Source: Longivirga aurantiaca
Lineage (GTDB): Bacteria > Actinomycetota > Actinomycetes > S36-B12 > CAIYMF01
Length of the DNA: 32,000 nucleotides
Direction of reading: 5' to 3'
Assembly (NCBI RefSeq): GCF_042660085.1
Contig: NZ_JBHSTI010000008.1
Coordinates: 270,001-302,000, forward strand
Under the pieces are notes generated by a model that was not told the DNA's origin, did not search any database, and worked only from the letters and a program-made list of their open reading frames with translations. The translations under genes and the position numbers were made by a program. Below, in pieces: positions 1 to 8,073 of the stretch. Every line of letters starts with the position of its first letter. Position 1 is the stretch's first letter.

Positions 1-194
1 GCCTGGTGCTCCTCGCCAACCGCCGGCGGCTCCGCGTCGAACGTGCCGCGCAGCTGCCGCTCGCCTTCGGCAAGGAAGGTGTCGATCAGAGCGCGTTCGG
101 CGTCCGATCCCTCGTCACCGACGGTGTGCCACTCGACCCTGGCGCCTGCCAAGCGCTGTACGGCGGTGGCCGTGTCCAGTCCGATGTACCTCAC
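1..194 (-). CDS. 5' part of a protein of unknown function, running off the left window edge; reads (M/V)RYIGLDTATAVQRLAGARVEWHTVGDEGSDAERALIDTFLAEGERQLRG...
   Basis: Open minus-strand frame to the window edge from a GTG at 194-192, preceded by an SD-like GGAGGGAAG; divergent from the esterase. Missing from the supplied track, probably because it is truncated. Confidence 0.45.
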   Translation of the reverse strand, partial: MRYIGLDTATAVQRLAGARVEWHTVGDEGSDAERALIDTFLAEGERQLRGTFDAEPPAVGEEHQ

Positions 195-253
195 GGCTGC
201 TTCCCTCCGATGAACGCGACGGTTGCAGGTTGATGGCCTGCTGCACTCCCGTA

Positions 254-299
254 CTATGCACATCACGCAGTTACTCTGCAACCTATGCACAGTGTGCAG
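254..299. promoter_or_regulatory. tandem candidate IclR-type operators upstream of the esterase gene
   Basis: CTATGCACATCACGCAG (254-270) and CTATGCACAGTGTGCAG (283-299), both TGC-N7-GCA. Confidence 0.5.
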
Positions 300-380
300 A
301 GCTAGCCCCCGGAGGGTAGGACGTCGCCCGGCTCCGCCGGCCCGCCGATCCTGCTCGTGCGATCGACGAGGTGAGGGCCG

Positions 381-1343
381 ATGTACGACGTGGATCCCGA
401 GGTCGCTGCCGGGCTCATCGCCATGTTCGGGCCGGAGCCCGCGGCTCCGGTGCCGGTTGATGATTGGGCCACGCGCCGGCACAACACCCACGCGATGTTC
501 TCGGAGCTGCGCACGAAGTACGCGCCAGCCGTCGACGTCGAGACGCAGGACGTCACGATGACGGTGGCCGAGGGCGCCTCGGTCGGCCTGCGAATCTACC
601 GTCCCCACACTCGCGACTCGGACGGCGTGCTGCTGTACCTGCACGGCGGAGGCATGATCATGTGCAACCTCGAGACCCACGACGCGATCTGCCGCGAGTA
701 CGCCGTACGCACAGGGATGTGCGTCGTCGCCGTCGACTACCGACTCGCTCCGGAGCACCCGTTCCCCGTTCCCGTCGACGACTGCATGGCGGCGCTTCGC
801 TGGGTCGCCGGCCAGCGCGATCAGGGATGGGCCCCTCATCGGATCGTCGTGGGCGGGGAGAGCGCCGGCGGTGGCCTGGCGGCAGCGGTGGCACTGCGCG
901 CGCGAGACGAGGGCGGTCCGGAGATCGCCGGCCTCCTTCTCGTGTACCCCATGCTCGACGACCGCACGTGCGAACGCGACGCCGGCCTGGATGCCGTCGC
1001 GACCTGGACGTACGACGACCACCTCACCGCGTGGCGTGCGTACGTCGGCACCGACGGTGCCGCGTCGGGCTACGCGGCGCCGCTGCGAGCGGAGACCGTC
1101 GTCGGCCTGCCGCCGACGTACCTCGAGGTCGGCGAGCTGGACATCTTCCGGGCGGAGATCACCGCGTTCGCCGGCCGCCTGCTCGAGTCCGGGGTCCGAC
1201 TGGAGTTCCACCTCCACCCGGCAGTGCCGCATGCGTTCGAGCTGTTCGCCCCCGCGGCCGCCGTCTCAGAGCGGGCGATGGCGGACCGCGTGCGCGCCAT
1301 TAAGTCGTTACAAAACAAAAAGCGTGCAGGACTAGACAAATAG
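381..1343 (+). CDS. alpha/beta hydrolase, HSL-type esterase/lipase family
   Basis: HGGG motif (YLHGGGMIM) and GESAGG nucleophile elbow; full-length 320 aa ORF. Confidence 0.9.
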   Translation: MYDVDPEVAAGLIAMFGPEPAAPVPVDDWATRRHNTHAMFSELRTKYAPAVDVETQDVTMTVAEGASVGLRIYRPHTRDSDGVLLYLHGGGMIMCNLETHDAICREYAVRTGMCVVAVDYRLAPEHPFPVPVDDCMAALRWVAGQRDQGWAPHRIVVGGESAGGGLAAAVALRARDEGGPEIAGLLLVYPMLDDRTCERDAGLDAVATWTYDDHLTAWRAYVGTDGAASGYAAPLRAETVVGLPPTYLEVGELDIFRAEITAFAGRLLESGVRLEFHLHPAVPHAFELFAPAAAVSERAMADRVRAIKSLQNKKRAGLDK

Positions 1344-1435
1344 AGGGCTCAAGACGGCATACTTCGTGTGGTCGAGGACTGAGAGGCCCCGCGGATCCCC
1401 GCGGACCATCGATGTCACGGCAGGCGCCCTGATCA

Positions 1436-1504
1436 ACATGTTATGACATCGTGATGTCTACCTCGAGCAATCGCCCGTAGGATGCAGCGATGCACATAGT
1501 GCAG
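1436..1504. promoter_or_regulatory. composite regulatory region upstream of the binding-protein gene: candidate GntR-type site followed by candidate IclR-type site
   Basis: GACATC-GT-GATGTC dyad (1445-1458) next to GTTATGAC, then GCACATAGTGCAG (1492-1504). Confidence 0.5.
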
Positions 1505-1613
1505 AGGCTCTGCACATGTAAGAACGTCGCCTGTGCCACGGCACCGGCAGGCGACTCCCCCCAGGTATCGAGCTGTTCTCGTCTCGGCGGGACAGGCAAC
1601 CAGAAGGAGACCA

Positions 1614-2849
1614 GTGACCACGACGACCAGGAGCCCGCGACGCCGGGCCATGTATCTCGTTCCCGCGGCCGCCGCGATGCTGCTGACGGCCGCCTGCGGG
1701 AGCTCGACCGGCGGGGACGCGACTGCGACGTCCGCATCCGGGTCCGCATCCGGTTCGGCCGGCACGACGACCGAGCCGTACTGCGCGGAGGACGCGGCGA
1801 CCGCCCTGCCCGCCCTTCAGCCTGAGGGCATCGTCGGGCAGGGCCCGAACGGTGAGCCTGCGGCGTCGCCCGACGACGTGCAGATCAGCGACGAGGACGC
1901 GGCGACGATCAAGGCGGGCAAGAACGGCACCCCGTTCAAGGTCGCCCTCGTGTTCCAGTTCAGCGGTGACTGGCCCAACGGCCAGACCAAGGGGCTGACC
2001 GACGAGTTCAGCAAGTACGGCGTCGAGATCATCAGCAACACCGAGGCCAACTTCAAGGTCGACAAGCAGATCGCCAACATCGAGAACGCCATCCAGCTGC
2101 AGCCGGACGGCATCGTCTCGATCCCCGTCGACGACGTCGCCACCGCGCCCGCGTACAAGAAGATCTCGGAGGCCGGCATCAAGCTGGTCTTCATGGACAA
2201 CGCCGCGAAGGGCCTCACCGCTCCGGACGACTACGTGTCCGTGGTCTCGGCCGACTCGCAGGGCAACGGCCAGGTCGCCGCGAAGAAGCTCTCCTGCTAC
2301 ATCCCCGAGGGCGGCACCGTCGGCATCGTCGACTTCGGCATCACGTTCTTCGTCACGAACCAGCGCACCAAGGGCGCCCGTGACTGGTTCGCCGCGAACC
2401 GTCCCGACATCAAGCTCAAGGACGCCAACTTCACCGACCCGAACCAGGCCGGCGACGTCGCGGCGAACTTCCTCACGGCCAACCCCGACGTCAACGGCGT
2501 CTGGGCAGTGTGGGACGGCCCGGCGCAGGGTGTCATTGCTGCGCTGCGCGCCCAGGGCAAGAACCTCCCCGTCACCACGATCGACCTGGGCGACCAGGCC
2601 GCGACGGACCTCGCCAGCAGCGAGTACCTGAAGGGTGTCGGCGCCCAGCGTCCGTACAGCCAGGGCGTGGCCGAGGCTCGAGCGATGATGCTCGCGCTCA
2701 TCGGCAAGGACGTCCCGGCGTGGATCGGCGTCCCGGCGCTCCCGGTGATCCAGAACAGCCTCCGCCAGGGCTACGAGGACTCCTGGGCCAAGCCGCTGCC
2801 GGAGAAGCCCGAGGCAGCATGCAAGGCGAACGAGCCGAAGTGCGCGTGA
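1614..2849 (+). CDS. sugar-type periplasmic-binding lipoprotein (ABC substrate-binding / PBP1-like)
   Basis: Lipobox LTAAC followed by a low-complexity linker; VALVFQFSGDWPNGQTKGLTDEFSKYG, DGIVSIPVDDV and GVWAVWDGPAQG resemble ribose/rhizopine-type binding proteins. GTG start at 1614 follows AGAAGGAG. Confidence 0.85.
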   Translation: MTTTTRSPRRRAMYLVPAAAAMLLTAACGSSTGGDATATSASGSASGSAGTTTEPYCAEDAATALPALQPEGIVGQGPNGEPAASPDDVQISDEDAATIKAGKNGTPFKVALVFQFSGDWPNGQTKGLTDEFSKYGVEIISNTEANFKVDKQIANIENAIQLQPDGIVSIPVDDVATAPAYKKISEAGIKLVFMDNAAKGLTAPDDYVSVVSADSQGNGQVAAKKLSCYIPEGGTVGIVDFGITFFVTNQRTKGARDWFAANRPDIKLKDANFTDPNQAGDVAANFLTANPDVNGVWAVWDGPAQGVIAALRAQGKNLPVTTIDLGDQAATDLASSEYLKGVGAQRPYSQGVAEARAMMLALIGKDVPAWIGVPALPVIQNSLRQGYEDSWAKPLPEKPEAACKANEPKCA

Positions 2850-2869
2850 TCGCACGCGGGTGAACGCAC

Positions 2870-2907
2870 GGCTGTGGCCGGAGCCCTCGGGGGTTCCGGC
2901 CACAGCC
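2870..2907. terminator. GC-rich perfect hairpin between convergent genes, likely bidirectional terminator
   Basis: GGCTGTGGCCGGA (2870-2882) pairs with TCCGGCCACAGCC (2895-2907), and the stem can extend inward to a 6-nt loop. No U-tract. Confidence 0.7.
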
Positions 2908-2961
2908 ATGCCGTCGGCCGCGCGCCGCGGCATAGCAGTGCCGCCCGCGAGGCCGAGCGGG

Positions 2962-3582
2962 TCAGGCTCCGTCCACTGCCGCGCGGAACGACCGGGCCCG
3001 TTCCTGGATCTCGTCGTACTGCTCGGTCTCCACCAGGCGGGCCGACGCCAGGTCGGATCCGGCGAAGAGCGCCACCGCCCCCGCGGCGAGGAAGCCCCCT
3101 GCGGTCTCAGGGGTCACGCCGCCCGAGGGCACCAGCCCGATATGGGGGAACGGTCCGCGCAGGTCCTTGATGTGGCCCGGGCCACCAGTCGCGGCGGGGA
3201 AGACCTTCACGAGCGCGGATCCCAGCTCATGCGCTGCCCACACCTCACTGGGTGTGTAGGCGCCGAGCATGAACGGAACCCCGCGGGCACGGCAGGCCTC
3301 GGCGATCCCGGGAAGGACGGCCGGTGTGACGACGAACTGGGCGCCGGCGTCGATCGCGTCGTGCGCCTGCGCTGCTGTCAGGACCGTGCCGGCGCCCACG
3401 ATCGCGTCGCCTCCCGCCCCTGCGGCGATGACGCCGAGCACGTCCGGGGTCGTGAAGGTGAACTCGACCAGGTGCACTCCGCCCGCGGCGAGGCTGTCGG
3501 CCAGGCGGCGCGGGTCGGGGACGCGGTCCGCGCGGATGACTGCCGCGATGCGGTCCGCGCGCAGGACATCGAGGGCATGCAT
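2962..3582 (-). CDS. KDPG/KHG aldolase family protein (copy 1)
   Basis: Short TIM-barrel protein with VEFTFTTPD, GAGTVLTAAQAHDAIDAGAQFVVTP, LVKVFPA and PSGGVTPE motifs. Confidence 0.88.
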   Translation of the reverse strand: MHALDVLRADRIAAVIRADRVPDPRRLADSLAAGGVHLVEFTFTTPDVLGVIAAGAGGDAIVGAGTVLTAAQAHDAIDAGAQFVVTPAVLPGIAEACRARGVPFMLGAYTPSEVWAAHELGSALVKVFPAATGGPGHIKDLRGPFPHIGLVPSGGVTPETAGGFLAAGAVALFAGSDLASARLVETEQYDEIQERARSFRAAVDGA

Positions 3583-3608
3583 GCGTACTCCCTTGTATAT
3601 GGACACCG

Positions 3609-3631
3609 ACTTATCATAACGTCATGATGTC
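3609..3631. promoter_or_regulatory. operator-like dyad in divergent promoter (candidate GntR site A)
   Basis: ATCATAACGTCATGAT (3613-3628) is a 14/16 palindrome. ACTTATCATAACGT (3609-3622) recurs exactly at 22907-22920. Confidence 0.6.
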
Positions 3632-3676
3632 GTGCGCGGTCATGCGGATGCGCGCCCTGAACGAATCGAGATTCAC

Positions 3677-4402
3677 GTGACCCGACTTCGCGATCGAACC
3701 GTCCTGGTCACCGGGGCGACCGGTGGGATGGGCAGCGGCACGGTGCGCGCTCTCGCCCGGGAGGGGGCCCATGTCGGGGTGGCGGACATCGGCGTCGAGG
3801 CGGCGTCGCGGCTGGCAGCGGAGGTCGGCGGCACCCCGCTGCTCCTCGACGTCACGAGTCCGGCGAGCGTCACGGCCGCCGTCGAGGCGCTGGTGGCCGA
3901 GCGAGGCGGGATCGACGTCTTGGTGAACTTCGCCGGGATCGTCGACCCGCGCCGCATGGACGAGATCGACCCGGAGTCCTGGAGCCGCGTCTTCGACGTG
4001 AACGTCCGCGGTACGTGGCTGATGTGCAACGCCGTCCTCCCGCACATGCCTCGCGGCGGGGCCATCGTGAACATCGGCTCCCGCGCCGGGCTGGTGGGCG
4101 GCACCACGAGCGGAGCGAGCTACGCCGCCTCGAAGGCAGCGGTCATCTGCTTCACCAAGTCGATGGCGAAGTTCGCCGCCCCGATGGGCATCCGGGCCAA
4201 CGTGATCAACCCCGGGTGCATCGAGACCCCCATGCTCGATCACTTCGCGCCGGACGTCGTGGCCGCGATGCCCGGTCAGGCCGCTCTCGGCCGGCTCGGC
4301 ACACCGGCCGAGATCGCCGAGAGCGTCATCTTCCTCGCCACGGACGCCTCGTCGTTCATGACCGGTGCACAGCTCAACGTCAACGGCGGCAGCCACATGT
4401 AG
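3677..4402 (+). CDS. short-chain dehydrogenase/reductase (SDR)
   Basis: TGATGGMG nucleotide-binding motif, YAASKAA (YxxxK), and GCIETPM/ASSFMTGAQLNVNGGSHM C-terminus. Confidence 0.92.
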   Translation: MTRLRDRTVLVTGATGGMGSGTVRALAREGAHVGVADIGVEAASRLAAEVGGTPLLLDVTSPASVTAAVEALVAERGGIDVLVNFAGIVDPRRMDEIDPESWSRVFDVNVRGTWLMCNAVLPHMPRGGAIVNIGSRAGLVGGTTSGASYAASKAAVICFTKSMAKFAAPMGIRANVINPGCIETPMLDHFAPDVVAAMPGQAALGRLGTPAEIAESVIFLATDASSFMTGAQLNVNGGSHM

Positions 4403-4465
4403 GCCTCGCCCGCCGTCCCCGACGAAGGTCCGATCGACAAGCCGTCCCCAGAGAAGGAGGCCCCC

Positions 4466-5866
4466 GTGCTGGGAGCCGATGTGATCGTGCCCATCCCGCT
4501 CATCCCCGGGGTGCCCGTCCTCGCGGCCATGGGGGCGCTCTCGACCCTTCTGGTCAATCGGAACGTGAGCGTGTTCCATGACGGGCTGCGACCCCTCATG
4601 CCGTCGCTGCGCTCTGGTGAGATGACCCGGGACCAGGTCGCCAAGATCTCGTTCAGCCTCGCCCTCGCCTTCATCTGGGCCTTCGGCCTCCCCTACTCCG
4701 TGGGCTTCGTCATCCCGCTCATCTACCTGGTGTACATCGCGACCGACTACATCGGTGTGCGGCTGCCCGCGACCTATGACGTCAGGTGGTGGCAGAGCAG
4801 GACGAACCTCCTGGGCGTCATCGGGTCGCTGGTCCTGGGTGCCGCCTGGGGCGGTGGCGTCGCGGCCTTCCTGCACTACCTGGCCGTCGGGATGTCCAAC
4901 CTGCCTGTTCCGATGGCGGCAGGCACGGCGCTGTTCACCACCCCGGTGGCTCAGGCCTTCTTCCTGTTCCCCGTACTGACCGTGGTGTACCACTACGGCT
5001 TCAGGCCGGCGCTGGTGGCGTTCGTCGTGTCCACCCTCGCCTGGTTCTCGGCGAGCCAGTTCGGCTGGGCGCTGCCGTCCGTGTGGGCTTTCGGCGCAGC
5101 GCTTCTCGTGATGGCCGTGCTCCTCGTCCGGGAGGCGCGTCGCTCGGGGCCGGCAGCGGCCCAGGTGCCACCGGGCTGGCTCATCGAGGACGAATCCGCC
5201 GCGCCCGACTGGGCCTCGGCGGATTCCGACGACGAGGCCGAGGACCAGCTCTTCCGGGACAACGTGCGCCGCATCAAGGGCAACCTCCCGCTGATCACCC
5301 TGCTCGCGGGTCTCGGTGGGGCGGCCTACCACTGGGGCCTCGTGGCGATGGACCCGTTCTCGTCGAACCTGTACGCCGTAGGGCTCGCTCTCCCTGCCGC
5401 GCTGGTCATGCTCATGTGGGCCTTCGCCTTCATCCCCATGAAGTTCACGACCGCAGTGGTCACGGGGACCATGGCGACCGGCACGTTCCTCGAGCCTGTC
5501 GTCGCCCTCCTGATGCCCAACGTCTGGGCGGCTGCGATCGGCGTCGCACTGCTCCGCGTCGTCGAGGTCTTCCTGCTCCTCGCCGTCGTCGGCTGGATCG
5601 AGCGGTGGCCCAGCATCCGCGAGGTCGCCGACGTGATGCGTACGGCGATCTTCCAGATCATGGAGATCGGGTTCCTCGTGGGCGGCGCGCTGGCAGCCGC
5701 GGCGTGGGCGGGCACGTGGGGCGTGGGCGTCGTCGTCGCCGCGTGGTTCGTGAACATCAAGGCGAAGTCGCCCGTCATGCCCATGTCCCTCGGCGCGATC
5801 GCAGCCCTCGGCGTCGGCCTGGTGGTGAACGTGCTCGCCCTGCTGGGCCTGAACCTCACCCTCTGA
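4466..5866 (+). CDS. yhfT: YhfT-like integral membrane protein, putative transporter
   Basis: Many hydrophobic segments. Motifs NVSVFHDGLRPLMPSLRSGEMTR, IKGNLPLI and RWPSIREVADVMRTAIFQIMEIGFLVGG match my recollection of E. coli YhfT. Confidence 0.8.
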   Translation: MLGADVIVPIPLIPGVPVLAAMGALSTLLVNRNVSVFHDGLRPLMPSLRSGEMTRDQVAKISFSLALAFIWAFGLPYSVGFVIPLIYLVYIATDYIGVRLPATYDVRWWQSRTNLLGVIGSLVLGAAWGGGVAAFLHYLAVGMSNLPVPMAAGTALFTTPVAQAFFLFPVLTVVYHYGFRPALVAFVVSTLAWFSASQFGWALPSVWAFGAALLVMAVLLVREARRSGPAAAQVPPGWLIEDESAAPDWASADSDDEAEDQLFRDNVRRIKGNLPLITLLAGLGGAAYHWGLVAMDPFSSNLYAVGLALPAALVMLMWAFAFIPMKFTTAVVTGTMATGTFLEPVVALLMPNVWAAAIGVALLRVVEVFLLLAVVGWIERWPSIREVADVMRTAIFQIMEIGFLVGGALAAAAWAGTWGVGVVVAAWFVNIKAKSPVMPMSLGAIAALGVGLVVNVLALLGLNLTL

Positions 5867-5889
5867 GGCCTGCACCTGCGGAGGCCCGA

Positions 5890-5915
5890 GCCCGTCGTCC
5901 CCGTTGACGACGGGC
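5890..5915. terminator. hairpin after the yhfT-like gene
   Basis: GCCCGTCGTC (5890-5899), loop CCCGTT, GACGACGGGC (5906-5915). Confidence 0.6.
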
Positions 5916-5951
5916 CTCGCCGCGCCTACCATGGTGCAACGGGCGCAGACC

Positions 5952-5968
5952 CTATGCAACATACGCAA
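5952..5968. promoter_or_regulatory. candidate IclR-type operator upstream of GMC oxidoreductase 1
   Basis: CTATGCAACATACGCAA, nearly identical to CTATGCGACATACGCAC at 15646-15662. Confidence 0.5.
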
Positions 5969-6002
5969 TGCGCTCCAGCGCACACTCGTCAGGGAGCCTG
6001 TT

Positions 6003-7628
6003 ATGAGCGTGTCGCACGACCCGGTGGACGTCCTCATCGTCGGCGCGGGCGCCTCGGGCTCCACAGCCGCCAAGCACCTGGCCGAGCAGGGGCGGAGCGT
6101 CGTCGTTCTCGACCAGGGCCACTGGACGGACGTGGGCGACCTCCCCGGCGACAAGCCGGAGTACGAGCTGCTGTGGAACAACCACCGGTTCCACCCGGAC
6201 CCCAACATGCGCGACCGCCGCGAGGACTACCCGACGAACCTCGAGGACTCCGAGCAGCCCGTGTACATGTACAACGGCGCGGGCGGCAGCACCGTCTACT
6301 TCGCCGGGGTCTGGAGCCGGCCGCTCCCGTCCGACTTCCGCGTGCGCACTCTCGACGGCGTCGCCGACGACTGGCCCATCAGCTACGAGGACCTGATCCC
6401 CTTCTTCGCGGCGACCGACTACGACATGGGCGTCTCCGGGCTCGCGGGCAACACTGCCTATCCGCCGGGGGCGGAGCCGCCGTTGCCGATGCACCCGATC
6501 AACCAGACCGGACGCCGCATGGCGGAGGGGCTGAACAGTCTCGGCTGGCACTGGTGGCCCGGGTACTCGGCCATCCCGTCCCGGGCGCACAACCGCCAGG
6601 CCCAGTGTGTTCGTCTCGGGGTGTGCCGGACCGGTTGCGTCGCCGGCGCGAAGGGTTCCGCGGACATCACTCTTCTTCCCGATGCCCTGGCACACGGTGC
6701 GCGCATCGAGACAGGAGCACGTGTCGCACGCATCACGCTGGACGAGATGGGCCGCGCGAACGGCGCCGTCTATCTCCAGGACGGCACGGAGAAGTTCCAG
6801 GCGGCACGTGTGGTCATCGTCGCCGCCAACGGGATCGGTACGCCGCGCCTGCTGCTGATGAGCGAGTCGAACCGCTTTCCGCACGGTCTGGCCAACAGCT
6901 CGGACCTCGTAGGTCGGCGTCTCATGCTCCACCCGTTCGGTTCGGCGATAGGTATCTACGACGAGGACCTGGAGGACTGGCTCGGTCCGGCCGGCACGCA
7001 GATCGAGTGCATGGAGTTCTACGAGACCGACGTCACCCGCGGCTTCGTGCGCGGCAGCAAGTGGCATGTCATGGGCACGGGTGGACCGCTCGAGATGGCC
7101 ACCCGCTGGCATATCGGGGAAGGCGTCCGCGACGAGGACTTCTGGGGCGAGCAGTTCACGCGCAAGATGAAGCAGGCCGTCGGCCACTCCATCGACTGGA
7201 TCGTCCACGCCGAGGACCTGCCCGAAGAGCACAACCGGGTCACGCTCGATCCCACGCTCACCGACAGCGACGGGCTGCCGGCGCCGAAGATCACCTACAT
7301 GACGTCGGACAACACCCACCAGATCCTGGACTTCGGGCTGAACCGCGCGGTGGAGGCGCACTACGCCGCGGGGGCGACGAAGGCGTGGATCACCTTCCGG
7401 AACTTCTCCTCGGGACACAACCTCGGGACGACGAAGATGGGTGACGATCCGGAGACCTCGGTGGTGGACCGTTGGGGTCGGACCCATGACGTCCCGAACC
7501 TCTACGTCATCGACGGTTCGGTCTTCACCACGTCGACCGCCACCAATCCGACCTCCACGATCTGTGCGCTGGCCAAGCGGACGGCGACGTTCATCGCGAA
7601 CAACCGTGACCAGGTGGTGGCGTGGTGA
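6003..7628 (+). CDS. GMC-family FAD-dependent oxidoreductase (copy 1)
   Basis: VDVLIVGAGASGSTAAKHLAEQG Rossmann motif, GAGGSTVYFAGVWSR, and C-terminal VIDGSVFTTSTATNPTSTICALAKRTA; 541 aa. Confidence 0.92.
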   Translation: MSVSHDPVDVLIVGAGASGSTAAKHLAEQGRSVVVLDQGHWTDVGDLPGDKPEYELLWNNHRFHPDPNMRDRREDYPTNLEDSEQPVYMYNGAGGSTVYFAGVWSRPLPSDFRVRTLDGVADDWPISYEDLIPFFAATDYDMGVSGLAGNTAYPPGAEPPLPMHPINQTGRRMAEGLNSLGWHWWPGYSAIPSRAHNRQAQCVRLGVCRTGCVAGAKGSADITLLPDALAHGARIETGARVARITLDEMGRANGAVYLQDGTEKFQAARVVIVAANGIGTPRLLLMSESNRFPHGLANSSDLVGRRLMLHPFGSAIGIYDEDLEDWLGPAGTQIECMEFYETDVTRGFVRGSKWHVMGTGGPLEMATRWHIGEGVRDEDFWGEQFTRKMKQAVGHSIDWIVHAEDLPEEHNRVTLDPTLTDSDGLPAPKITYMTSDNTHQILDFGLNRAVEAHYAAGATKAWITFRNFSSGHNLGTTKMGDDPETSVVDRWGRTHDVPNLYVIDGSVFTTSTATNPTSTICALAKRTATFIANNRDQVVAW

Positions 7629-8073
7629 GCGTGGATGTGTCCGTGCAGGGTTCGGTCCCGCTCACCGCGGAGCAGCGGGCCCGGTTGTCCGCGCTGGCCG
7701 ACGTCCTGATCCGCGGCGGTGCCGGTCTGCCCTCGGCCAGCGAGGCGGAGGTGCACTCGGTGTGGATCGACCGGGTGTTCGTGGCGCGCCCGGACATGGA
7801 GGTCGTGGTGCGCGGGGTGCTGGACGTGGCTGGGGATGCCGAGTCGGTCGTGGCCGGTCTGCGGGCCTCGGACGCGGAGCGGTTCTCGGCGTTCGCGTTC
7901 GCTGTCGCGGGGGCGTGGCTGATCAATCCGCGGGTGCGTCGTGAGCTGGGCTACCCGGGCCCGGTGCCGATGCGTCAGCCCGCCCTGCCCGACGAGGCCG
8001 ACGCCTATCTCGAGGACGGCATCCTCGACGTCGTCATCGCCCGAGGCCCCATCTACCGCCCCACCCCGGACGC
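7557..8073 (+). repeat. 517-bp direct repeat, copy A
   Basis: By-eye alignment with 21428-21944 at constant offset 13871; only 7657 (C/G) and 7903 (T/G) differ. Confidence 0.93.

Noticed and set aside
5890-5915. CRISPR-like or riboswitch-like structure downstream of the YhfT-like gene
   Set aside because: A single simple hairpin directly after a stop codon; best explained as a terminator.
3614-6208. 864-aa minus-strand ORF opposite the SDR and YhfT-like genes
   Set aside because: Low-complexity Arg/Gly/His/Asp-rich translation typical of antisense frames in high-GC DNA; the opposite frames encode well-defined family proteins.
7557-8073. Insertion sequence or integrated mobile element as the cause of the long direct repeat
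   Set aside because: The repeat is entirely inside in-frame coding sequence of paralogous gene pairs and lacks IS ends; gene conversion or segmental duplication fits better.
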